The position numbers and the translations under genes were made by a program. The notes beneath the pieces are model-generated. The model saw only the letters and a program-made list of their open reading frames with translations. It did not search any database and had not been told where the DNA came from. This document shows, piece after piece, positions 46,827 through 60,330 of a stretch of 64,000 nucleotides of DNA; the first letter of the stretch is position 1, and each line of letters opens with the position of its first letter. The stretch comes from Marsupella aquatica (lineage: Eukaryota > Plantae > Marchantiophyta). Location of the stretch: contig OZ316892.1 of NCBI GenBank assembly GCA_973895155.1, forward strand, positions 3,785,223-3,849,222. The letters run 5' to 3'.

Positions 46827-49800
46827 CACAGTGACGGACCAAACGAGAAGTGTGACCACACTTCTCGTTTTTCCCGCGGCGGAAAAAATTTCTAAGGCAA
46901 AAAAGTCTTGGATACGGAATTAGTGTTCCCCCTAAAAACTAGTTTTTAGATTTTAAAAAATGGGAAATATTGACACGAATACGAAGATGGAATACGGCGT
47001 ATCCCATTTCGGATCCAATCGCGAAATTCCAAAAAAAATTAAACAAATGCAATAAAAGTGCCGATATTGGTTTACCCGTTAAGAATATTCCCAAACAATT
47101 CTTATCAACGGTAACATTTAACCGACTGAGATGCAACTGCAGTCAAAAACTAACCACGGTCAGGGAGAAAACTATAAATAGGAGATCCCCGCTTGAAAAT
47201 TTTCGCTCATTTTTTCTCGCTCCGTATCCTCTTCCTCTCGACAAATGCACACCGTCTATACAAATTCGTATTCCCTGAAAATCAGATTTGACTAACAGGT
47301 GAGAATCTTTATGGAAATGGCGAGGAGGAATCCCAAATGGGATACGGCGTATCCCGTTTGGGATTCACCCTCCAAATGTCCAGTTTTTATTTCTCTTAAG
47401 CTAAAAAAGGAGGTTGGATGCGAAGTGGGATACGGGGTATCCCATATCGCATCCAACCTTTGAATATGAAACTGCATTATAGTTTCCAAATATCAAAACC
47501 TCAACGTTGAATGCGAAATGGGATATGACATATCTCGTTTGGGATTCACCCTTCAAATGTCCAGTTTTTGTTTCTCTTTAACTAAAAAAGGAGGTTGGAT
47601 GCGAAGTGGGATACGGGGTATCCCATGTGGTATCTACCTAGAGTTTTCTTGAATGGAATGATGGGAAAAGTCTTATGGATTGCTGATTGTTTTGCAGGCG
47701 CAGTTTGACTAAACACGCACTGAAGCTCTTGCTGTCGTTTAGTGACGGACACCGATTCAAGCTTTAGCTTTCCTGGGAAAACAACATTTTCTCTTGTGGG
47801 TCTAATAGCGGTCCAGATACGGCGTATTCCATTTGGGATTCAATCTTCACAAATCCAGTTTGGGTATCATAAACGTGAAAAAATGAGGTTGGATGCGAAG
47901 TGGTATCCCACTTTGCATTCAACCTCTGAATATGAAGCATTTAGGTGCAAAATGCAAGATTGACTAAGATATGATTAGGTTAAGTTGTGGGGTGAAATTA
48001 TAAAATTACAAAAACTTAAGTTTGTACCCTCTCACGCTCTGGAAGCCATATCTTTATCGGTATTTATCCAAATTCCTTATAACTGATACCGTTAGAAAGA
48101 AGAGCTTGAGACTTTTCGGCCGCTTTACTCGGCGCTGCAAAAATAGAAAAAGAAAAAATCTGAGATCAGGCAAAATCTCGCAAAAAAATCAGATTGCATT
48201 TGAAAAAAGATCACAAATGATCAAAACTTCAAGAGGAATACCAAGTGGGATACCAAGTATCCCATGTAGTATTCAAACATGTTATTTCACAAATCTAGAA
48301 AGGAAAAAGTCATAAAACCTTGTATGAATACCAAGTGGGATCCATGGATCACACATTTGGTATAAGAACATGTTGTTTTATCCCATTTGGTATAAGAACA
48401 TGTTATTTTACAAATCAAGAACTTTACAAAGTGTGATAAGAATTTTACAAAGACCAAATGAAATCCAATTTCGTATTCAATTCAAATGTGAAAATGGATG
48501 AGTGACTTGTGACCGAGGGCCAATCCGGGACTTTGAATCTGAGGTGGGATCCACAAACTCACTTGGTATTTGCCTCCATTTTTAGGTAGGTCTGTTGATT
48601 GGTCCTACATATTTTGAAAGAGTAAAAAATGGATGTAATTGGGGTTGTGCTGAGGAAGGAAAAATCCAAAATTGTTTTGGAGTTGAATCAACAAATGGGA
48701 CTCATGGATCTGTGTCGGTATGGATCCGTGTCGGTATCCAAACCTCAATATTGAGGTGCGAGGTGTGGCAATGGCAAATTTTGGCAGGTGAATACCAAAT
48801 GGGATCCGTGGATCCGTGGATCCGTGTTGGTATTCAAACCTCAATATCAAGGTGCAAAGTGCGGCAAGGGCAAATTTTGGCAGGCGAATCCTTGGTTTTG
48901 AGTGGGTTATTTTTGGACTTGTTCAGAAAAATAGGATACGTGGATCCTTATTGGCATTCCCTGATTGGTTCGTGGAATTTTTAAAGTGAGAGTCTGTCTT
49001 TTCAAGGAATGCTGAAATTTAAATTGTAGATTTTTTAGGAAGTCGTCGTGAATCCCAGTTGGTCTTCAAACTAGAATATCAAGGTATGTGATGCGAAAAG
49101 TTCAAAATGTAGAAGTTGAATACCAGATGGGATCCATGGATCCCATCTGGTATTCATCCTCCTGTTTTCCCGATGAGTTTTTGGACTTGCCAAAAAAATT
49201 GGGATCCATGGATCTCAGTTGGTATTCATGTCGAAAGATCTCCTGATGCAAGTTGCAGGTGGAAAACATTGAGGTTGAATACGAGAGTGGATACTTGGAT
49301 CCCGTCTCGTATTCATCATGCATTATGGGCTAAAATATTTCCGAAGATGTCGTCAGGTTAACTTAACTAACTGTGTGGATCGACTGTAGTCCGCGGTCAG
49401 GATTTTGCAATTTTCAGTTTTACCGCAGTTAAAAATTCAAATATTTTAAACCCAAGGTTAAATGGAAGCGTCAAGAGAATGATTTGGTGCGGTTTTCGTT
49501 CACGTTCAACGGTTGAATCCGAAATGGGATACACCGTATCCCATTTTCAGTTTGCCATTTTGATTGCAAAAATGAAATCTTGTGTTTTTCTAGTTTTGTT
49601 TGACGCTCGGATTTAGCTTTTAGAAGGATCACCTGAAAAGCATTGTTTTTCTAGATTTTGGAATTTGCCATTTTTTTAGATGAAGTGTCTCAGAATTTTG
49701 GAATGTAACAATTCTTTATTTTTGTGTCGACAATATCTCGATTTGAAATCCGATGCTGGATGCGATTTTGGATTCATCCTCAAAATAGCATTTTTGATCT

Positions 49801-49889
49801 TAATTTTAGTGATTTTTTGCCGTTTTTTGCGAAATCAAAAACACACTTCGCGTTTGGTGGTCACACTTCTCGTTTGGTCCGTCATTGTG
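46827..49889. mobile_element. Non-autonomous TIR element (about 3.06 kb) with CACAGTG/CACAATG termini
   Basis: 33-bp TIR cacagtgacggaccaaacgagaagtgtgaccac (32/33 match); many internal palindromes tgggatacggNgtatcccat and ggatccatggatcc; no TSD seen. Confidence 0.8.
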
Positions 49890-50530
49890 TTCTTATTGTA
49901 TATATGAGACAGTTCCATTAACTATTTTAGTTCACCCAAGGTGATTTCTCATTGGTGGACTCAGGGTTGGACTAACACGTGGCGAGGCCATGCTATTGGC
50001 TCCCCATTACCCTGGCCGAGTTTACCAACACCCGACTAGCTCTTTTCCATTTTTTGCCGTTTTTTGCGAAATCAAAAACACACTTGGCGGTTGGTGGTCA
50101 CACTTCTCGTTTGGTCCGTCATTGTGTTCTTATTGTATATATGAGACAGTTCCATTAACTATTTTAGTTCACCCAAGGTGATTTCTCATTGGTGTACTCA
50201 GGGTTGGACTAACACGTGGCGAGGCCATGCTATTGGCTCCCCATTACCCTGGCCGAGTTTACCAACACCCGACTAGCTCTTTTCCATTTTTTGCCGTTTT
50301 TTGCGAAATCAAAAACACACTTGGCGGTTGGTGGTCACACTTCTCGTTTGGTCCGTCATTGTGTTCTTATTGTATATATGAGACAGTTCCATTAACTATT
50401 TTAGTTCACCCAAGGTGATTTCTCATTGGTGTACTCAGGGTTGGACTAACACGTGGCGAGGCCATGCTATTGGCTCCCCATTACCCTGGCCGAGTTTACC
50501 AAGACCCGACTAGCTCTTTTCCATTTTTTG
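49812..50530. repeat. 237-bp tandem triplication spanning the TIR and the start of the adjacent MITE
   Basis: Units begin at 49812, 50049 and 50286; identical small ORFs at 49990 and 50227. Confidence 0.93.
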
Positions 50531-50960
50531 AACAAGCCCTACACCAAACAGGGCTCACTGGCCCCCCCTCTCACAAGTTTCAACCCCAACCTCTGTGACC
50601 TGGCTGGGTGCTGCAATTTCCCTTCAAAATTGGGGTCACACACTCCATAGAGGACTGATGATCATCCTTGGGTCTCAATGATGCTACTCCCGCTTTTCTG
50701 ATGGAAAGAGGCCCCAAAAGTATAAACATGTGTAAACAAACCCACAGTTGGGCCTAGAGTCTTAATTGAGCTGGATCATGGGGAGTTATAACTCAAGAGG
50801 GGGACAGGCCAGCCCTGTTTGGTGTACTAGGGCTTGTTCAAAAAAAAAGGAAAAGAGCAAATTGGGTAAGGGTAAATTTGGCCAGGGTAATGCGGAGCCA
50901 ATAGCACTTTGCCACATGTCAGTCCACCAATGGGAAATCATCTGGGGTTAACTAAATTGG
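50396..50960. mobile_element. Foldback MITE with imperfect inverted arms of about 165 bp
   Basis: gctattggctcc.cattaccctggcc versus ggccagggtaatg.ggagccaatagc; aacaagccct..accaaacagggct versus agccctgtttggt..agggcttgtt. Confidence 0.75.
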
Positions 50961-51921
50961 CTAAGCTTGGGGGCTTCACCTTATGAAATTGTTGTATACC
51001 TTGTGCAAACTCCCCTATTTAATCACTCTCTCTCTAAAAGGAAAAGAAATTAATAGGGGGACAGGTTATTAAAAGGCTGACAGTTTTTTAAAAATCTTAG
51101 GTTGGAAAAGAAGAAATTAAACCAATGAAACTCTATATATGACTCAAAATTTTTGTTAAATGGGAAATCCAGGTATGTTTAAATTTTATTTATTTATTAT
51201 ATCCAACCTCAGGGTCCATATTAAAATGTAGACCCCTACCTTTCATACAAGAGTTGTGTACTTGGTGGGGGTACTCGGGAGGATGAATAAGCTATTAGGA
51301 GCAAAAGCAAGAAAGTAGGACTGTTGGCACGTCCACAATGGACTGTCATGCACATTAATCTCCTATTCTGTAAGCAAAAAGACAGTTCTAAATGTGGGAC
51401 TCCAAAGATCAGCGCGCGCTCTTGGACCAGGTAGTGCCAACTCTTAGTTGTGACATCCATTGGGAAATTGAGACTACAATGCCCTCACAAATGCCTCCAT
51501 ACTAGTCATATGCTCATTGGAGCCCCCTAGGGTGGGAGGTCTACAAATTGAAAGTATACATGAGGAGAGCGTGGAGGAGCCATGAGGTGCCTCTTGGTAC
51601 AAGGAGTTGTGGTTAATTCAACCAAAATGAGTTAATATACTTAACTTTGACTAAAAGTCTGTTGGAGAAGGTCTTGGGCTCATTGAAAGGGTATTGATGA
51701 GAACTACCTCCCCATGAACTCAGATCATTTGGTGGGAGTAGAAGGGGCCGCCCCCCTCTTCCTCCGTTGATACCCATACCCCGATATCTGGATGGGATGT
51801 GTTGGAGAAGTCAAGAGATAGTTATGGGGAGAAATCTGATCAGGAAAGCACTCCAAGCCATACACTTGCTCAGTTGTTAATTAGGTGGTTTTCCCCCGGG
51901 TTTGCCTCAAGCACTATCAAA

Positions 51922-52814
51922 CACAGTGACGGACCAAACGAGAAGTATGACCACCAAACAAGAAGTGTTTTTTTTATTTTGCGAAAAACGGCAAAAAATC
52001 ACTAAAATTAAGATCAAAAATGCTATTTTGAGGATGAATCCAAAATTGCATCCAACATCGGATTTCAAATCGAGATACTCTCGACACAAAAACAAAGAAT
52101 TGTTACATTCCAGAATTCCGAGACACTTCATCTAAAAAAAGGGCAAATTCCAAAACCTAGAAAAACAATGTTTTTCACGTGATCATTCTAAAAGCTAAAT
52201 CCGAGCGTCAACAAAACTAGGAAAATACATGAATGATTTCATTTTCACAATCAAAATGGCAAACTGAAAATGGGATACTGCGTTTTGGATCAAATCATTC
52301 TCTTGACGCTTCCATTTAACCTCGAGTTTAAAATATTTGAATTTTAACTGCGATAAAATTGAAAACTGCGAAAAATTGATTGCGGACTACAGTCGACCCA
52401 CACAGTTAGTTAAGTTAACGCATCGGGAAAAGAGGAGGAAAAATCATCGGGAAAAGAGGATGATGAATACCTGCAAAATGCAAAAATCCGTGGATCCACC
52501 AAAATCTGCCCTTGCCACACCTCGCACCTCAATATTGAGGTTTGAATACTGACACGGATCCATACCGACACGGATCCATGAGTCTCATTTGTTGATTCAA
52601 CTCCAAAACAATTTTGGATTTTTCCTTGCTTAGCACAACCCCAATCACATCCATTTTTAACTCTTTCAAAATATGTAAGACCAATCAACAGACCTACCTA
52701 TAAATGGAGACAAATACCACAAATACCAAGTGGGTTTCAATTGTGAATCCCACCTCAGATTCAAAGTCCTGGATTGGACCTCGGTCACAAGTCACTCATC
52801 CATTTTCACATTTG
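51922..52814 (-). mobile_element. Inverted, internally deleted copy of the right arm of the 46827-49889 element
   Basis: Reverse complement of about 49350-49889 joined to about 48480-48790; starts with the same TIR. Confidence 0.88.
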
Positions 52815-53867
52815 ATGAATCAACGGGGAAAGAGTGTGGGATTCTCTCCCATGTGATTTCTTTGGTACCCTTACCAAGTCCTTTGCTTTGAAGAAGCTCG
52901 TAACCAGATTGCCGGCCTCTCACCCAACTAGCTTTGGTGAGTACCTCGTTATTTACGGGGACAACAAAATTCGGATCAATTCTGAGATGATTGTGGGTGT
53001 CTTCTCCAAGTTCACGAGCGATATCGTCACATGAAACAGAATGCCGCAGTGCCCATAATTTGGTATTCGTATCTTCGACATAAATCTTAGGATATCCACT
53101 TGTAGGGCTTGTCATCAGATACTTTTTGGGCTCACCGTTGACCCTCCTTGGGTCACCTGTGAAGCACATTTTTGGAACTTCGTCCCAAGATAGAAGCTCA
53201 GAAGTCTCTTCTAGCCTCCATGAATCAACTACGCTCCACAAAGTGTTGAAGCGATCTGGGCACCAATCTCCGTATCCTTGATGCAGAAATTCATGATGTG
53301 GCTTACCTTCAGCTCGGAACTGGCAATTAATTATGCAACGTGTGTCCCCTTCTGGTCCTTGACTGTTTGTGCACTCTTTCCACAGCCCTTGTCCAGTCAG
53401 ATCGAGGACATAAACCTTTTCCTCTTCCTGGTCAATTAATTGTCTTCTGTCGTTGCCTTGCTGATCTGTGCTCTGTGGACTTTTTTGTTTGTGGGAACAA
53501 ACATATAAGTTACCACTGGATGCAATCAGCTGACAGAACCTTTCGTGATCACCAGGAAGATGTGGGATTGGAGGAAGTTCATGGAATTGTTTCTCTCTCA
53601 TTGAATAGAGAGAATTTGCGTTCCTGTATGTGCAGTCACGGTGTAGCACATCATTACATTTTACTTCATTGCTGTGCTTGAGAGCTAGAAACTCTTCCCG
53701 TGAATGCGACCGAGTCCTCTCATTGTAGACCTCTCGACTTTGAATTGCCTCTTGCCAAATCGGGCTCACTGACTGCAGTTCATGAAAATCTGTCCAGCGC
53801 AACTTTGTGGCAATGTGGGTCAAAGTAACGTCGTCTGGGATCCCTGGAATTCGAAGAAAGAAGACAT
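52792..53867 (-). pseudogene. Second copy of the F-box/kelch-like gene, frameshifted and 3'-truncated
   Basis: Highly similar to 5334-6431; 7-bp deletion near 53849 disrupts the F-box start; last codons replaced by TE-derived SNVKMDE*. Confidence 0.85.
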
Positions 53868-55538
53868 TTGTGGAGACTTCGATCCGTGAAGAATGTCTCT
53901 ATCTGGATCGGCAAACCTATGGAAACGTATGACCACAGTAAGTCAGATTAGATAAAGTCCGATAATCTCATTCGACCTATACTAAATGTCATTTATATAT
54001 AGCTTCAAATCAATTTCGTCTGTTCTTCAAGCAGATACATATAGAGTGCTGCCATGCCAAACTACAAGGACATGGATGGAGAATTGAAGAGCTTTTTTGG
54101 CTAGAGCAACGGAAGTCAAAAAACGTATACATATATATCTACAAGTGCAATGACAAAAGCAGTTGGAGTGTTTTGAAACAGATCGAGAACAAAAGAGAGC
54201 AACTGCGTAAGGGCATGGAAAAGTCTTGCAGATATGCATCACCATATATACTTAAAGACCGCACCTGAATTGAACAGATTTGGAGGCAAATAAAATTGTT
54301 GCTGGTCCTCCAACTCTGTCAAAAACGACACGGGACGTTTCTTCTAGTGCACTGCTCGATGTCCAACCTTTCCTGTATGTGCTGCTTCCTGCTAGTAGGT
54401 ATATAAGCACGAACTAAATCTCAAGTTCACAGTACAGCTCTAAACTTGGTCATAGAAGTTGATGAGCAATGCAACAATGGGTGGGCTGTAGCCGATCGAG
54501 AGAGAAAAGTGTGGGAGAGAGAGAATGACGAGTAAGGCCCAGAGATCCTACTTATATAATTTGATCAGGGCCGGATCCAGCAAGAGGGGAACTGATCAGA
54601 ACTGATCGATGACTGAAAAAACAAGTGCATCTCCTAACCTCGTTCCCTTGACCAGGTAGTCCAAGCTAATACTAACCAATGACAGGAAGGAAATTGACTA
54701 GCGCGCAACAACAGGCCGCTAATTAGGGCAGCATTTGATTAATTAGTCAATTCCCAGGTGATCATGTGATTAGCTGGTGAGATAGAGACTAGCTTGCTAG
54801 TGAGCGCAAGAAACCAGATCTGAAGGCTTTGCAGGCATTCATGCATTACTGAGCGAGACATGCATGCATAGATTTTAATTGATCTACGTCCCATAATATC
54901 ATAACATCGCTTCCTGTCATCAGTCGTCTTTGTTAATCTCATTTAATAACTAGTTGCAACACCGTATTCAGGATCGAGCTACGTGTCCTGTCTTTCGTTG
55001 ATTTGTTAGTAGTTGCATGCTTCAATTGGTTGCAGCAACGTACTGACTAGCTACGTGAGATACATTGTTTGTTCAATCATTGGTCAGTTTTACGGTCGAT
55101 CAATCTACTGGAGTTTAGAATAGACGATGCTAGCCTATTAGTATCGCTTGTTCCTTAGTTTCTCTCTCTTTCCATAGTCAGGGCCGGCAGCTACTCACCC
55201 TTGTCCATGAGTCGATCGATCCCGGCCTATGCATAGAAGTTTTGCTGATTGAGGCAGCCGTAACATTTATGGATGAGTCTAGCGTACGTAGGATACACGA
55301 GAACGAGACCGTCTCTTGTTATCACAATTGCACGAGAGTAGATATGGCATTGATGAGGCGAAACATACTTCAGGTATGAGCATAGTTCTGATTACTAAAT
55401 GATCGATCGATGTAGCTAGACCTTGAAAAAGGCTTCCAAGCCATATAAGATTTAATTTCTTGAAATTTGTGACATCTTACACATTGACTATATATGTTGC
55501 CTATTGTAGGGAGAAGGCAATGATCCCTTGGCATGATA
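52815..55538. repeat. Segmental duplicate of about 5370-8345
   Basis: Colinear gene and upstream region ending at gaaggcaatg..atccctt.gcatgat. Confidence 0.9.
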
Positions 55539-56479
55539 CCTTCGCTACTCTATTGCGCGCCTTGCCGGGCGCTATTGCAAGTGACATTGTAGCTGAGGGA
55601 GGCGGATGCACAAACGTGTTTGAGAGAATATGCATTTTGAGGAGGGTAGAAGCTTTCGGATTTCGCCGCCTTGTAGCATGTATACTAAGTTGGAATGATT
55701 GATGTGTGTACGTGGAGGAGAGCTTCAACGACTTGCTATTCTAGTAACGCCTAGGTTATGTGCACAAGGTCGTGGTTCAGTTGTGAATGGCATGATTTGA
55801 TTTCCATCGGAAGGCCAGGGCGGTTAAATTCGGGGGTCACCGGCCCCTCGACATGCCCCCTCATCAAGTCGCGAGGAGAGAGCAAGAAATACGTATTGGA
55901 TACTTTGAGTCTAGTAACTCACTGAGACAAATCCATGTATTCTCATTAAATGTGACTCCCTTCTCCCCCACTGCCTATCAGAAACCCCCCACTGCGTGTT
56001 AAGATTAACATTTTTGGCTCAGGTCCTTGTTCCAGATTATTAACCTTGTTCCAGATTATTAACATTTTTGGCTCAAGTCCTTGTCACTTTTTTAGGCCAG
56101 ATTTTTTCTCCGAATGCTGCCATTGCCCATGCCCGCCCTTCAATTACTTGGATTAACTTTGAACATTTATTTTCACATTTCACTTGTACTTTTTCACTGG
56201 GGCATTTTAAATTTCACATTCATCATTGTGTCACCCGAACCAGATTGACTTTCATTCTTTGCTTCCTTTGTTGGAAAATTGTCGCTGCCATTCAAACACA
56301 ATCCTGCCTGAAATGTTTATCGGGATGAGCATGCTAGAGATCTCAACAAACTCTGGGACAAAGACATGCAAGGGCAAAAGATTAATACACAAGAGGGGAT
56401 AAGATCAAACACTTCTCTTCAAACACATTGCACTGGAAAAATGTCCTGACTGAGTTTTCAAATTTTAGTATAACTACCT

Positions 56480-56654
56480 ACTCTCCTGGACTGCCCCATC
56501 ATTGAACACTACCTCATATAAACTAAACTCTATTTCTTCAAAACTTCAATGAGACATACCATGAGTACTCTCCTGGACTGCCCCATCATTGAACACTACC
56601 TCATAAGAACTAAACTCTATTTCTTCAAAACTTCAATGAGACATACCATGAGTA
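56480..56654. repeat. About 87-bp tandem duplication
   Basis: actctcctggactgcccc...gagacataccatgagt occurs twice. Confidence 0.9.
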
Positions 56655-58099
56655 AAGGAATGAGGATAGTCCATTAGTCCTGTGTCAGATATGTACTCTA
56701 CTCTGACTTTGTGAGGATCATAATGCAATGAGCATTCTGTCAATTCCGTTGCTTTCTTTCCGGAGTTTTTTCTTCGTGTCTGCTTCAATTGTACATTTAT
56801 TGAGTGAAATGAGACGATGGAATACAAAACTAGATACCTCGTGACTGTCTGGTTTGTACATTTATTGATTGAAATGAGACGTTGAATACAGAATTAGATA
56901 CCACTTGTAGTCATCTTGCCTTATTGCCAGATATAAATTTCTTACAGGGCGGGGTGTGGAGACTGTGGTGATGTCAGTTTTTGCCTGGCATTGTGCTTTT
57001 CAAACAGTCTAGAATTTGCACTTGACAACATAGCTGCAACAACCCCAAGATCACAATGCAACCTTGGCTACAACGTCAATATTTCCACGCACAGGCATTG
57101 GGCAGGCCATTTTAGTTAATAATAATTAAATAAGTACTAATCACTCTATCCATTTAAAGTATTTGAATTTGAAAAGGTGGGCCTAACAATTTTTTTCCCA
57201 CTTTTTTCCTGTTTTTCTTTTGCTTATAATTCTTTGAAATTATCCCTACATTTTGTAACCTAAATGAACACTTTCTCACCCAAATTAATGCTTAACTGAT
57301 ATATTAAAATCAAGGTATTTAATTAAACTTAAAAGATAACATTAATTCAAATGCCAAAGGGAATACTTGTGAAACTTCTAAGCAACATCTAATTAAATCC
57401 AGTTAAAAATGTCTAATGTCTGGTATCAATTGTATAGACCTAGCTTGGGGCCACTAAGTATGTTCTACAATCACCTACCCGAGATCATGTAAAGTTCTAT
57501 ATAACCCATGGGTGCTTGCATGACATTACAATATAATCAGTGTTGGCGTAATGTTGGACATCTACTACTAATAATGAATCCCGCCTGTTTTGGTCCATCG
57601 TCCCGTTACAAAAGTGGAAAAAGGAGGGAACAACGCTCAACTGTCAGATATTTTCTAGAATTATTTAAGGCTCTAACTTGGATTGAGTGAGATGGGTACC
57701 TAAGATTGGTTCTAATTTATAGTACAAAGGAAGTATACTATGGAGTAAAGTATAGGGTACTTGAATATGTTTTTCAGCTGTAGTTTTGTAGCTTGGTTAT
57801 AGTACTTTTTGGCATGGAGCATTAAAGTGGAAGTTGATTATTTTATGGTCTATTTAGAGTACATATATATATTAGCATGGAGCATTAAAGTGAAAATATT
57901 GACTTGAGATAATGTTTTCCATTTGTTTAACTCCTTTTTAAATCTTTTTAATGGTGTTAAAGGGAAGAAAAAGGGGGAGGAGGAAGGACGCGGCACTAGA
58001 AGGGCAAGAGGGAAAAAGAAAGAAAGGGAGAAGATGGGAGAGAGCTAGAGGGGGGCGGGAGCAAATAGGGAGGCGCTGGTCGTTATCTCATGACCCCAA

Positions 58100-58722
58100 C
58101 TTTTATGTGCAACGCATAGGTTATTAAACACCACCATATATAATAACTTTACCAGCCCTTACTTGACATCTTTCTCTCATCTTGCCATTTTTGTCACATT
58201 AACATTTGTCTCTCTGTCACCACGATAGTTTGTCACCTTTGACATATTTTCTCTCCTTGACATCTTTTCTCACCTGGCTTCCTTGACATATTTTTCTCAA
58301 CTCGACATCTTACCTTTTGCTCACCTTGACATCTTTATCTCACTGCAATATATATCTTTCCGTCGCCCTCAACATCTTTTCTCTCCTTGACATCTTTTAC
58401 TCTTTTAAATATTTTTTTCTCACCTTGCCATCTTTTCTCTCCTCAACCTCCTTTTTTCACCTTCATTGACTTCTTTTCCTCACATCAACATCTCTTTCTC
58501 TTATCAACATCTTTTTTCAACTCAACATCTTTACCTCACCTCCTTATCTTTGCCTCTCCTTGACATCTTGCCCTTGCCTTGACATCTTTCTCTCACTTCC
58601 CTATCTTTTTCTCTCCTTGACATCTTGCCCTTGCCTCAACATATTTGTCTCTCCTTGACATCTTTCTCTCACCTCAAAATCTTTCGTGCAGCGCACGGCC
58701 ATCCCGATGGACATCTTTCTAG
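58100..58722 (+). mobile_element. 3' end of a non-autonomous Helitron with a ttgacatcttt minisatellite (5' end not fixed)
   Basis: Hairpins cgtgcagcgcacg and ccatcccgatgg followed by CTAG|T at 58719-58723; degenerate tandem ccttgacatcttttctct over 58160-58680. Confidence 0.65.
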
Positions 58723-59639
58723 TGCTTCATATATTGTCTCTTTGACAAATCAACCACTAAGTATAATCCCGCCAAAATGAATTTTTGTCCAATAACAAAC
58801 TGTTTTTTGGAGGAATCTAGAGAGGAATCCTTGACAACTTTATCCTCTCAGTTTTTGGGTTGTGGAATTACCTGAAAATGGGACAGGATATAAATTTAGA
58901 CAAATGTATAGAAACAAGTGTCAAAAGTGAGTGAATACAATGCACATGACTGCATGAGGTACAACAAGGTGCAAGCTATACAGTTATAGCCTATGCTCAT
59001 AATTAGTTTCATTGGGGGTATGACAACTAGCTGAGGGGGAGAGAAAGAAAGACGAGCAAGGAAGTGTTATTTCCCCATTTTTGAATTTTTTTCCCTTTTA
59101 ACTAAATGTTTCTCTTTTCCCCTTTTATTTATTTATTTACCGCACATGTCTATTGAGCGAGTTTATCATAATCATTTTTGCAGTTGTTTAGACTCAGGCT
59201 TATTTTGGCTCTTTCATTTTGCAGAGGTTTTCACCCCTTTATTGAGTCTTTTGCCGTTGGTATCCTGTTTCCTGGTTTGACATTTTTTGTTCTTTGGAAA
59301 TGTGACATATACATTCTCTTTCAACCAGATAATTCTTGTTTGGGTTGAAATCTGAGACATTTAGTTTATTGCAACCAACAAAAGAGACCTCAATGCAATC
59401 ATACTCTTTTTGCATGGCATCCTTGAATTCCTGCCTGAAATTTATGTTTGTAGGGAGGGTTTTTATTAGTTCTTCTTGCCATTGGTGGCAATTCTCTCCC
59501 TTATTTGGCTCTTTGGTCTTGGGTTTATTCCCATGTTTCAAACTTTCAAAATACAAAGGAAATCTGACAAACGACCACCTAGGGAGCAGGCCAGAGAACC
59601 CATTAAAAAAAGTATAGAAATAAAGGGGCTACCTAATTA

Positions 59640-60330
59640 AAGCGCAGCCCGGTTTGGACTTGCCCGGAAAATAGAGCCTTTAGAGGCCGTTGACTGGCAA
59701 GTCGTCACCCGGACTGTCCCGGCCTGGACCATGACTACTGCCTGGCCCTTCCCGGCCCGAGCCGGCTGCCCCGCCCCGAGTACTTACCTAGGGCTCCCGG
59801 CCACATGCCCCGGTCTTCCCTTCCCGAACTCCCCTTCCCCGGCCCCATCCCCCGGTCTCCCCTTCCCAAGCTCCCCTTCCCCGGGCCGGGCCGGCAGGTT
59901 CAGGAGGAGGGGGAGTTTTGGAGGGGGAGTTTGGGAGTTTGGGAGGAGGGGAGGGGAGGGGAGTTGGGGAGGAGGGGGGTTCGGGAGGAAGGGGACCCGG
60001 CCCAGGGAATAATTAGGATCTGGCAAATAGAGCCATTTTGGTCCGGCAAATGATGAGTTTACGTGCCGGGCAACTCAGCAACTTGCCTGTCACTCCAAAG
60101 CAACTTGCCTGGCACTCCAAACCCTGAGCGTGAGGTTTTAAGGGCAAGACATGGGATGGGCAGGGGCAGCCAGGGGACCAAAAAAGGGGACCAAAAAAGG
60201 CTGGCCTGAAAATTGAAGTGGGACCCAAATGAGGAGAGTTTTCCAATCGGGTGTGGAGGAGAGTGGAGGAGAATCGGGTGTGGAGGAGAACAGGGAAGCG
60301 TCTCCCACTCTCCCTGAATAGTATAAATGG
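59640..60330. repeat. GC-rich island with a C-rich/G-rich imperfect inverted repeat (probably TE-derived)
   Basis: ccggtcttcccttcccgaactcccc (about 59810) is the inverted partner of gggggttcgggaggaaggggacccgg (about 59975). Confidence 0.55.

Noticed and set aside
46939-52688. Many 60-130 aa ORFs
   Set aside because: By-products of palindromic and tandem repeats, with no domain signal
59731-60053. Pro/Gly-rich proteins
   Set aside because: Translation of low-complexity C/G tracts in several frames
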